Positions 1 to 10,898 of a stretch of 64,000 nt of DNA are shown here, in pieces. The position numbers and the translations under genes are program-made. Origin of the DNA: Octopus sinensis (taxonomy: Eukaryota); assembly GCF_006345805.1 (NCBI RefSeq), contig NC_043008.1, positions 17,670,001 through 17,734,000 on the forward strand. Direction: 5' to 3'. How positions within the stretch are numbered: position 1 is the first letter of the stretch; every line of letters starts with the position of its first letter. The notes below the pieces were generated by a model. That model was given only the letters and a program-made list of their open reading frames with translations. It searched no databases and was not told the DNA's origin.

Positions 1-359
1 TTTCCTACAAAGAGAACCGACAGATAAAAACATAAAAACGGTTTTAAGGAAACGAGTTTGCGCTTATTTAATTATTTGTCAGACTAGCGATATAAAAGTA
101 CAGCTGTCAATTGTAGAAGGTGTAATTTAATTTATATTTTTATAATGCATACTGGCAAGACGTTCTTTTGCGTCAATCGGTAATCTCTTTTAACAGATAA
201 TCTGCTTTCCGGAGAAAAATACGGAGCCAAAAGTCTGACATTACGGTAATTTTTCATCGAAGTATTATATAGGCAAAAGACCAAAAAAATATAAGAAAAC
301 GTAAAAAAAATATAACGGAATGAATGCAACGCAAACGTTAACCACAGACTTAGCAATAT

Positions 360-692
360 GAATACATACATACATATATACATAGACACACACATGCATA
401 CATACATATATATATATATATTATATAATATATATATATATATATATACATACATATATACAACATACATTCATATATACGTACATACGTACATATATAT
501 ATTTATGTGTGCGACTGTGTGAGCGTGTGCATGTGAGTCTGCAATTGTTTGTGTATGAGTATATATGTGCATATATGTGTGTGTGTGTGTAGCATATATA
601 TACACATATATAAATATGTATATACGCGTATGTAAAGACGTACATACACATACTTTCATATCAATTACATATCCACATATACATGTATGTAT

Positions 693-746
<54 letters not shown>

Positions 747-1178
747 TATGTATGTGTGTATATATATGTATGTATGTATGTAAGTATGTATGTATATATG
801 TACAGATCTATGTATACGCATATTCAAAAAACAATAAATAGAAATGCAAGCGGTGATGCCTAAAATACCTACCGTCCATTTTCCTGCAAAAATATATAAC
901 AAACATCTTGGCAAAATTGCCTTGCATGTAATTCGTATAAACCGAATTTATTTTGTAAGTAATTCAGTAAATGTCATATATTGAGCATCTACTTTAAATC
1001 ACATTATGCAATGATATAAAACTTATGAGTCGTAGAGCAATTCAATTAGACATATTCGCTGTCATTTACTCGAAATGACTGTTTCTTACTTCGTACAGTT
1101 TTCTCTTTTAATATTTCTATTAATTATTAGTACGCTTGTGGTGTAGAGAAATCGATATGACGCCTCTCTCTATATATG

Positions 1179-1212
<34 letters not shown>

Positions 1213-1348
1213 TGTATGTATGTATGTATGTATGTATGTATGTATGTATGTATGTATGTATGTATGTATGTATGCATGTATGTATGCATGTATGTATATA
1301 TATGTATGTATGAAATATAGATACGCATATATATATACGTACACAGAT

Positions 1349-1386
<38 letters not shown>

Positions 1387-1640
1387 ATGCTTATATGCGT
1401 GTGTATATATAGATACATATATAATATATTAATATATATATATACACATATGCACATATATATCGATATATATATTTATATGTATGTGTGTATGTATATG
1501 TGTGTGTGACTGCAAACGTTTTTGATACCTATCTAGCCATCTATCTGACTGTCTATTCATATATATGTATAGATACACGCATACATATATACATACACAC
1601 ACTCATGGATACGTGTATATGTGTCTGTATATATATATAT

Positions 1641-1672
<32 letters not shown>

Positions 1673-1740
1673 TATATATATAAAATATAACTATATGCGT
1701 GTGTTTCTGTGCATTGTATACGTGTTTTTTGTATGTGTTG

Positions 1741-1774
<34 letters not shown>

Positions 1775-1800
1775 CTATATATATATATATATATGTAGGT
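360..1800. repeat. Compound TA/TATG/TG microsatellite blocks
   Basis: Directly visible, e.g. (TATG)n at about 1183-1272. Similar blocks recur at about 2820-3000, 27630-27790, 34370-34900, 42070-42445, 43580-43875, 45835-46060 and 62857-63325. Confidence 0.95.
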
Positions 1801-2036
1801 GCGGTGTGTATAAGTGCATCTCTGTGTAGATATCTTCTGTCAAAACCCAAAGTACGCAACACATCTCACCGGTACCTATGAGGAAAACAAAATTGCTGTA
1901 ACTATGTTGGTAAATTTTACTATTTCTTAGTCACAAAATATGATGTGCAGTTGACACTGTTTAACATGTAAAATTTATGTCCTGTACGAACGATAGTATT
2001 ATTAGAACCCGGAACAATATACTCATGATTTCATAG

Positions 2037-2822
2037 AAATGTCGTTACCTTTAGCTTTAGTCGTTAGTACAAGGGAGGTAATAATGTCATTACTGCACAT
2101 GGCGGGATTGAATTTGAAATTAATGTATACAAGGAAAAAAAAATATACAAAACATAAATTTCCGGAATTTAAGTTTTGTTATTTTTTTTATTCATTTTAT
2201 TTATCTGGGATTAATAAATGAAGAAATGATCTATTAATTTATTCGGTTACAACTTATCTTGCCTCCTCGAAAATGTGTATTCGTATAAATTATATGAGAT
2301 ATTTCTCGAAATATTTATACAAGCGAAAAATAAATTTACAGTTATGATAATATTTTGTTTATTGACAAAAAGTGATGAAAACCTATATATGGTTATGGAA
2401 AATCGCAATTGCGTGAAGGCTGAGAATATACGTTAATAAAAGTTCTTTTCTTTAACATCCAAATAAACCTCAACTATATATATAGCATATAAAGAAGGAA
2501 TAGTGAGAACACTTCCTCCAACTACTTCACCATCAGCTACAATGTCTCTACTTAAATAAAAAAAACTCGTGTCTGGTCATTGTACTTGATAGGAATACCG
2601 CAACCCTGCATTCTTACCTTGCTTTCAAAAAATTCCTTTTAAGTTCTTTCTTATTCTTCTTAGAACTCATTTCTCCTACTTGAATTTGGATTTCATCATG
2701 TTGCTCAACCGTATATGAACTTATATTTTATCCTAGACAGAGTGTCAACTACGCCAATGATCTCCAAGTGTCTGGAATATTTTCACTTCTTATTTAGCAT
2801 GGGAACAAACAATATCTTTTAC

Positions 2823-2901
<79 letters not shown>

Positions 2902-3366
2902 GTATGTATATATATGTATATGTATATATATAATATATATATATATTATTATATATATATATTATATATTATACACACACACACACATATATATATTATG
3001 TGTACGTATGTATATGCTTGGTTTGTGTAATTTTATAAAATTACATTGGAAGTTGTAAACAAGCGCTCAAATCTTCTCAACTAGATTCATATGCCTGTCA
3101 GAATTTGAGTGGATTTCACAAATCTGTCAAGTGACAAATTTCAGAACATTTGTAATATAGATCATGAAACTTTACAAACTATAAATCAACATCGAAATTT
3201 TAGACAAACATACGATTAATAAAAGAATAATACATTATTTCATACAAATGTCGTTGCATTTAGAGTTGGTCGTTAATACAAGGGAGATAATAATGGCATT
3301 ACAATACAAGGCGGGATTAGAAGGAAACACTATTAAAAACCAAATTTCAGAAATTTAATTTTGTTT
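2037..3366 (+). repeat. Diverged direct repeat (2037-2180 and 3246-3366)
   Basis: AAATGTCGTT..GTCGTTA(G/A)TACAAGGGAG(G/A)TAATAATG..CATTAC..GGCGGGATT in both copies. Confidence 0.75.
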
Positions 3367-4003
3367 CTATCTCAGACAATTTTCTTAGACTATCTAGTTG
3401 CTAGTAATCAGCAATAGCAATATTTTCACTCTTTTTTAGAAATCATTAATATAATTTAACCTGTGACTCGTTAATTAGATACATAACGAAGAGAAACTTT
3501 GCATTAAATTAACGATAAATTACGTAATTTGCGTAATTACTTGAGTGAACAGATTACAAATTTGAGAGGAATATGAAAATGTCCCAACATTTGCCTTTTC
3601 TAGTGCCATGTAAACCATGATTGTCATCTCATAATTTTACGTTCGCCTAGAAATATTTTTTGCATTATTTTTCCGCCATAAAACACTACTATAAAATATG
3701 TTGTTCTTCTAGTACCAGTAGGTGAATCAGTCACGCAGAAAAACTTTTATAAATGTGGTGTAGTCAAGGATGAAACGTTAACGAAAACGATTAGTTTATA
3801 AATCGAATATATCGGAGTCGATAAATTAGGTACAAATGAAGTACTGGGTTCGATGTACTCGACTAGTCCCCTCGCCACAAATTAAAAGTAATTGCGTCTT
3901 CAATAGAAATGATCATTACAATTATTATTATCATTCTTCTCCTCCTCCTCCTCCTTCATTTTCTTCTTCTTCTTCTTCTTCTTCTTCTTCTCTTCTTATA
4001 TTA

Positions 4004-4070
<67 letters not shown>

Positions 4071-4092
4071 TTTTATTATTATTATTACTATT

Positions 4093-4140
<48 letters not shown>

Positions 4141-4167
4141 ATTATTATTATTATTATTACTATTATT

Positions 4168-5945
4168 ATCAGGTCTTCTAGCTTCTATTACTATGTCAGT
4201 CTGGATGTTAAAGGCCCACAACACATTGTATTTCTTACTTTGTAGTACTTTACTCGGTTTTTGTTCATATCATTTCTCAGTGTGTTTAACCCCTAGCTTT
4301 GTACATAATACCCAGGAGATCCCATTCCCTAGGTTGTCATGTCTTTTCTCGTATTCTTTTTGCGCCTGCATGCTACATTCATTTAATATGTATGTAACGC
4401 TTTCTCCTTTTGACTTGCATAACCTACACATGGAGTCCACTTGTTTTTTGTTTACCTTTGCTTTTCTCAAATTAGTCCATAGTGCTTGATTTTCTGCAGC
4501 TACTAATAAACTTTCTGTCTCCTTTTTCAGCTTTCCTTTCTACAGCTATAACCATGTTTCACTTCTACTATTTGCTGCAACTATCTTTGGTAATCTACCA
4601 TGCAATGCCTTCTTTTGTCAGTCAGGTAATTTCTGTTCGTTTTTTTCTGGTTCTTAACTTCGTTTGTGTTTTTGTTTTCCCTGGCTTGCTGTGACTCAAG
4701 CAGTTTTTAATAAAATTTATTCACTATTACCTACATAGGAGTCTATATCTAATCTAGCTTACTCCACACCTTCATTTCTAGTTAAGTATTATCTTGCTAC
4801 TCTTGCTCTTGTCCTCTATTCATATTGAATTCCTTCCCAGTTCTTCAGTCTAGCTTTGCTGGTTCCATATTTGTGCAACCTACAAAAGCTACTGTGTATC
4901 TAAGTAAAGATACTGCCCAAGTACTTACAGCCGTCACTAGATTCGGGCCATTTAGCTTTGATTTCATTAGCTTCCTCACCCTTCTGATGTACACCTCAAT
5001 TTTCATTTCCTTTCTATAGGTAGTATTCTCTCAGATTGTAATAGTCCTAGATACTTAAAACTCATTCCTCCTTTCAATTATTTTAATGCATGGCCAGCTT
5101 GTAAATGGATTCCTTCACTGTTGACTACCTGTTCTTTTCTCATTAGTAATATTGCACATTTATGTATGCAAAATTCCAAGCCTATCTTTGCTGAAGAGTC
5201 TTACTGTCTGTATAAAGAAATCTATCTCTTTTTCATTCTTACTAAATAGCCTCAGAGCAACCATGTAGAGCAAATGGTTAATCTTTCCCTTACTATTTCT
5301 GAACGGATGCCCTACATTTACCTTCCTTAACACTAAACTGAGGGGAGTAACCAAAAGACAAATATTAAAGGGGACAACGTAACCTCTAGAAAATTCTTCT
5401 TTTGCTATCAGATTTCCCGAGGAGTGGCTGTGTGGTAAGTAGCTTGTTTACCAACCACATGGTTCCGGGTTCAGTCCAACTGCGTGGCACCTTGGGCAAG
5501 TGTCTTCCACTATAGCCACGGGCCGACCAAAGCCTTGTGAGTGGATTTGGTAGACGGAAACTGAAAAGAAGCCCGTCGTATATATGTATATATATATATA
5601 TCTAAGCATGTGTGTGTTTGTGTGTCTGTGTTTGTCCGCCCCCCTCGCATTGTTTGACAACCGATGCTGGTGTGTCCCCTTTACCTAGCGGTTCGGCAAA
5701 AGAGACCGATAGAATAAGTACTGGGCTTACAAAAGAATAAGTCCCGGGGTCGAGTTGCTCGATTAAAGGCGGTGCTCCAGCATGGCCGCAGTCAAATGAC
5801 TGAAACAAGTAAAAGAGTAAAAGAGTAAGTGTGTGTGACCTGAGTAGAGAACTACTTTCCATTTTTTCTTGCTAAAGCTAATTCTCTTATGCTATCTGCT
5901 CCACTGAATATACTCAAACAGTCCATGAGTGTTGGATTATGTCAC
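4168..5945 (-). mobile_element. Decayed R4/Dong-like non-LTR retrotransposon fragment (RT, CCHC knuckle, start of restriction-like endonuclease), interrupted by a SINE at 5420-5828
   Basis: Minus-strand peptides: HSW motif near 5930, KINHLLYMVALRLF (decayed YMDD box), CRLCKSKGESVTYILNEC...KRHDNLG, and LWAFNIQTDIVIEARRPD. Many stops and frameshifts. Flanked on both sides by (TTA)n tracts. Confidence 0.85.
5420..5828 (+). mobile_element. SINE family A, full length
   Basis: GGAGTGGCTGTGTGGTAAG...GGTTCAGTCC tRNA-like A/B boxes, internal TA/TG microsatellite, (TAAAAGAG)n tail; many similar copies in the window. Confidence 0.9.
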
Positions 5946-5997
<52 letters not shown>

Positions 5998-6084
5998 GTT
6001 ATTCTTTCTATTATCATTGTTTTTGTTGTTGGTAGTGGTATTGTTATTGTTGTCGTTGATGTTGCTGTTGTTGTTGTTGTTGTT

Positions 6085-6295
6085 AAGGCACTGCGCTGGC
6101 AGAATCGTTAGCACGCCGGGCAAAATCCTTCGAGGCATTTCGTCCGTCGTTGCGTCCAAATTAAAATCCTGCCGAGGTCGACTTTGCCTTTCGTCTTTTT
6201 GGAGTCAATAAATTAAGCGCCTGTTGAGCATGGGCGTTGATATAATCGAGTAGCATCCTCGCCACAAATCTCTCACCTTGGACCTATAGCAGAAA
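6085..6295 (+). mobile_element. SINE family B
   Basis: AAGGC...GCTGGCAGAATCGTTAGCACGCCGGGC head and GAGGTCGACTTTGCCTTTC body. Further diverged copies at about 3755-3910, 7720-7927, 7945-8157, 9712-9840, 9853-10030 and 13503-13672 (+), and 29410-29607 (-). Confidence 0.85.
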
Positions 6296-6318
6296 TGCCT
6301 AATTGTATCATTAACGAC

Positions 6319-6371
6319 AGTAGTAGTAGTAGTAGTAGTAGTAGTAAAAGGCGGTAGCAGCAGCGGCAGCG

Positions 6372-6434
<63 letters not shown>

Positions 6435-6490
6435 AAAGCAGTAGTAGTAGTAAAAGCAGTAGTAGTAGTGTCAGTATCAGCAGCAGCAGC

Positions 6491-6525
<35 letters not shown>

Positions 6526-6590
6526 CAGTAGTAATAGTAGTAGTAGTAGTAGTAGTAAAATCGGTAGCAGCAGCGGTAGCAGTAGTAGTA

Positions 6591-6635
<45 letters not shown>

Positions 6636-6678
6636 AAAGCAGTAGTAGTAGTAAAAGCAGTAGTAGTAGTGTCAGTAT

Positions 6679-6711
<33 letters not shown>

Positions 6712-6810
6712 TAGTAGTATAGTAGTAGTAGTAGTAGTAGTAGCAGTAGTAATAGTAGTATTAGTAGTAGTAAAACCGGTAGCAGCAGCGGCAGCAGCGG
6801 TAGCAGTAGC

Positions 6811-6842
<32 letters not shown>
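6319..6842. repeat. (AGT/AGC)n compound microsatellite with a higher-order duplication of about 200 bp
   Basis: The variant block AAAAGCAGTAGTAGTAGTAAAAGCAGT...GTCAGTATCAGCAGC occurs twice. Confidence 0.9.
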
Positions 6843-8200
6843 CTGCAGCAGCCGCATCACGATGGAGTGATTCTATGGCAGAAATGTTGGATTCAGTGCG
6901 GTACGATTTAATGTGTTGAGACTGGTTCTGCGAACGAGGGATATTTCATTGCATTTTCAGTTTACGCTAACAATTGTTACATTACTACAACACAATAATA
7001 GCATAATAATACCGATATACGATTATACTAACATTAAATAATGATATATAAAAGCCTGCGATAATACAAGTCCATCAATAATTATAGACGATGAGATATA
7101 ATAAGATATAATAACATGATATTGAGCTTAATATTATTCTATATTATGTATATGGTGTTATAGCTAAATATTAGAGCAATTAAGCTTTATGTTGGATGTT
7201 TTCATACTGTTTCATAATGGGAATACGTATTAAAGGCAATATCAAGGAATGAAAGCAAAGTTAATGTATTTTCTACACATGTGGTCAGATTTTGAATGCT
7301 AAATCGTTAATCGTTGCAGACATTTACTTATATCTTAAAGAAGTGTAGATGCTAAAAAATTGTGCAAACATATCTTGATATTTACATTTGGTTGTTGTAA
7401 TTTTTGCCGGAACTTATAGATAAGCCATGATATTTGATGTTGCATAGATATGGTTTATGTACTTAATATCCATAGAATACTATAAAATGAGTACTTTGGA
7501 AAAATCACAAACCCTAAATTCGTTTCAGCCATATTAAGTTTTGGCAAACAGTGCTTCGATTACTTTGCCGCAGTAATTCCTGCGAGACCAAATCAGATAT
7601 GAAAACACACACTTAATTATTCAAAGGCAACGATGTCAATGGTTTCTGAAGGTTTTAATTCTGAATTGATGAATTTTAGTACTCATCGCTCTTATTAACA
7701 TTAATATTTCCTATTATGTGTTTTGCATTGACCGAATATTTTGCGCACACAATGCTTTGCGCAATTTCTTCCGATTCTTTACGTTGTGAGTTCCAATACC
7801 ATCGAAGTCAATTATGTCTTTCATCTTTTTGCAGTCGATAATGTTAAGTACCAGTCATGTACGGAGCTCACTGGTATCGACAAACCTATGCACCTCAAAA
7901 TTGCTGGGCTGGTTTCAACCAAAATTTAACACCATTTTTATGAGATTGCAAAGCTGGCTGCATCATTAGCCAGTGACACAAAATTCTTAGCAGCATTTAT
8001 TCCGGATTATTACTTTCTGTAATGAAATCCTGCCTCGATCAATGTTGCCCTTTATTTTGCCGGGCTCGATAAAATAAACTGTCAGTTAAGTACTAATTCA
8101 ATGTAATCAACTTGCCCCACTCCTCACAAAATTGCTGACCTTGTGCCGAAATTTCAAAGCTGTATTTGCATAATCATTATTTGATTTAGCTTTTCCTTAG

Positions 8201-8255
8201 ATTACTTTCTGTAAACGCTTGCCGAATGATTACATAAGAGTTAAGGCAGGAAAAG
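8201..8255 (+). other. Candidate 55-bp internal exon of an unidentified transcript
   Basis: TTTTCCTTAG acceptor and AAG|GTAAGT donor; one open frame, ITFCKRLPNDYIRVKAGK. No recognisable homology. Confidence 0.25.
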
Positions 8256-8374
8256 GTAAGTGATTAGATATTTTCAGCTACTTGAATGAGAAGTGCCTCT
8301 TTCATTGAATATTGAAACATATAATAAACGAGAAGAGGTTGTAAATGAGAGCTCGGTGTATACGTGATACAAAA

Positions 8375-8414
<40 letters not shown>

Positions 8415-9082
8415 AAAGCATCGTGAAGTGAAAACATAAAAACATAGATATTTATGAGCGGAAAGTGGTAAATAATATTAAATATTGATTTGCAAGTGTT
8501 TATATATTCAGAATTCTTAAGTATAGACGTATATGAATATAATATAAATTAAGTGGGAATCAAGCATTTAGACTGTGTCACTTCAAATTACAAGTTCATT
8601 AGAGTTCATCATCTCACTGAGAACGCACTTCGTTGTATGTACACAATGCTAGTCGGATTTACATTAAAATGTTTCTTTTGAGAAGAAATTCTTCAGCAGT
8701 GTATTAGCTGGTATGTTTTCTCACAACTTTTTCTATAATATCATATCAAGTGTAACCTTAGTGCCATAGTACTTTCTTTTATTTTTAAGGTGGTATTTCT
8801 AGATGTTTCAATCTGGTTAGGTTTTAAAATACTTTTATCGATGTAGTTTAAATAATGGTGCACTCATATAAATTCATTTGTAGATCATATCTTTTCTTCC
8901 TTGGTGATTATATCTGGCTTATTTACTTCGTTTGACAGTACTTTTAACAGGTAAATCTCAAATTACGTTTCCATTAATATTACCGGATAATGTCTGGTAA
9001 TTTGGTACAAAATGCATTCGAAAAGTTTTGAGATATTTTTAAGGGAAATATTTATTCATTTCAAAGAAGTATAAAACTCTAA

Positions 9083-9385
9083 TCTCCTTCAATGTGGGAT
9101 TCTCTGATTTCAATGCATTTGTTGCAGCGCTGCCGTCACCTGGTGAAGGCTGCGTGAAAGTCCTTCAAATTGAAGGTGTTTCGAATCCTTCTCGCAACCA
9201 CCTTCATCTCCAAACTACTGCCCCTGGGGTACTCCTTCAGATTGCAGAGCAGCAAAAATTCATCGGGAGCAAAGCCTGGGCTGTAGCTTGAAGGTGAAGT
9301 ACAGTTTTGATGTCCATCTTCGTCAAGTATTTGGTTTCTAGGGTGCTAGTTACTGAGCATCTTGAGAACAGACTTAGCATAATTC
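9083..9385 (-). mobile_element. Mariner transposase C-terminal relic
   Basis: Minus-strand reading across frameshifts: YLTKMDIKTVLH..YSPGFAPDEF (YSPDLAPxD motif)...KDFHAAFTR*RQRCNKCIEIRESHIEGD. Confidence 0.8.
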
Positions 9386-9392
9386 TGTACAG

Positions 9393-9622
9393 TATTTACA
9401 TTATTTACATTCGACGGATATTTGTCCTCATCTTGGTTGTTGTTAACACGAAAAATAGCTTAGGACGAAAAATACCTTAGGGATGAGAAGTCAGGTCCGA
9501 AATTTCCCCAAGACACCCGAAGAAGGCTGGAGAGTATATCAGCCGAAACGTTGTGTTAACAACAAACAAGATGAGGACAAATATCCGTCGAAGGTAAATA
9601 ATATAAATAGTGTAAATAATGT
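9393..9622 (+). mobile_element. Penelope-like terminal-repeat remnant with fold-back and minimal hammerhead motif
   Basis: Inverted arms 9393-9449 and 9553-9609; hammerhead-like ACAC CCGAAGA A GGCTG..CAGCC GAAA C GTT GTGT at 9513-9556. Confidence 0.75.
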
Positions 9623-10113
9623 GGACTTAGCACAAATTTGGTTTCAATGTTTAACAACTCAGCACCGTCCATTGGACAGGGCGTGGGCGTCTTGTTTGTT
9701 ATTATTATGAAGAAATTCCGCCGAGGCCGGCTTTGCCTTCGGTGGCGATTAAATAAGAACCAGTTGGGCACTGGGGTCGATGTAAATCGACGTGCCCCCT
9801 CTTTGCAAATTTCAAGCCTTGTGCCTTTAGTAGAAAGGATTATTATTATCATGAAGGTGGCAAGCTGGCAGTATGCTAGAGCGTGGGGGGAAATGCTTAG
9901 TGGCAATTCTTCTGGCGTTTGTGTTGTGAGTTCAAATCCCACTGAAGTCAACTTTGCCTTTCATAGTTTCGGTGTCAATAAAATAATGTAGTAATGAAAA
10001 TCGGAGTCGACATTATCATTGTCGCCTCTACATTTAAACGTTCCTTTCCTTTTCTCAAATTATAACTATTATTATTATTGCTTTTGTCATTGCTGTTGCT
10101 TTCGTTTCTGCTG

Positions 10114-10281
10114 TCTTCTTCTTCTTCTTCTTCTTCTTCTTCTTCTTCTTCTTCTTCTTTTTCTTCTTGTTCTTCTTGTTCTTGTTCTTTTTCCTCTTCT
10201 TCTTGTTCTTGTTCTTTTTCTTCTTGTTCTTGTTCTTCTTGTTCTTGTTCTTTTTCCTCTTCTTGTTCTTCTTGTTCTTCT

Positions 10282-10313
<32 letters not shown>

Positions 10314-10898
10314 TTCTTTTTCCTCTTCTTCTTGTTCTTCTTCTGTTCGTCTTTCTTCTTGTTCTTCTTGTTCTTGTTCTTCTTGTTCTTCTTCTGCTTC
10401 TTCTCTTCTTCTTCTTCTTTTCTTCTTCTTCTCTTCTCTTCTTCTTCTTCTTCTTCTTCTTCCAATCAGGACTCACGCCATTTGCCACAAAGAATAATCT
10501 AAAGCGTGTGGCAACTTGAAGATCCACCCACCGCACGCGATAGACTGGCGATTACACGGGCGCCAAAGCTACGTTGTTATCCTCATTCCGTAAACTGTGG
10601 CTTTAAACGAGTGGAAAGCTGAACCATCCTGGAGTTCAGAGGATTCGCAATCTAGACTATGGTCTGAAAGTTTACCACACCATAGTGGGTTACACCAGGG
10701 CTCCTCTGCTTTGTGGCAGAAGTAGGAAGAAAGAATGAGAGAAAGTTGTGGTGAAAGAGTACAGCGGGGTTCACCACCCCTCCCTGCCGGAGCCTCGTGG
10801 AGCTTATGTGTTTTTGCTCGATAAACACTCACAATGCCCAGTCTGGGAATCGAAACCGCGAGTCCGCTGCCCTAACCACTGGGTCATTGCGCCTCCAC
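10114..10898 (-). mobile_element. SINE family C ending in a long (AAG/AAC)n tract
   Basis: Head GTGGAGGCGCAATGACCCAGTGGTTAGGGCAGCGGAC at 10898 downward; a unique 3' region runs directly into the (CTT)n tract at 10114-10462. Confidence 0.8.

Noticed and set aside
5420-5495. SINE heads as functional tRNA genes (also 25905 and 32837)
   Set aside because: They continue into SINE bodies and tails, some with TSDs, and the cloverleaves are imperfect.
8655-8702. Minus-strand CTGAAGA...GAAACATTTTAATGTA hammerhead-like match
   Set aside because: Stem III is fine, but stem I does not pair and stem II is very weak; likely chance.
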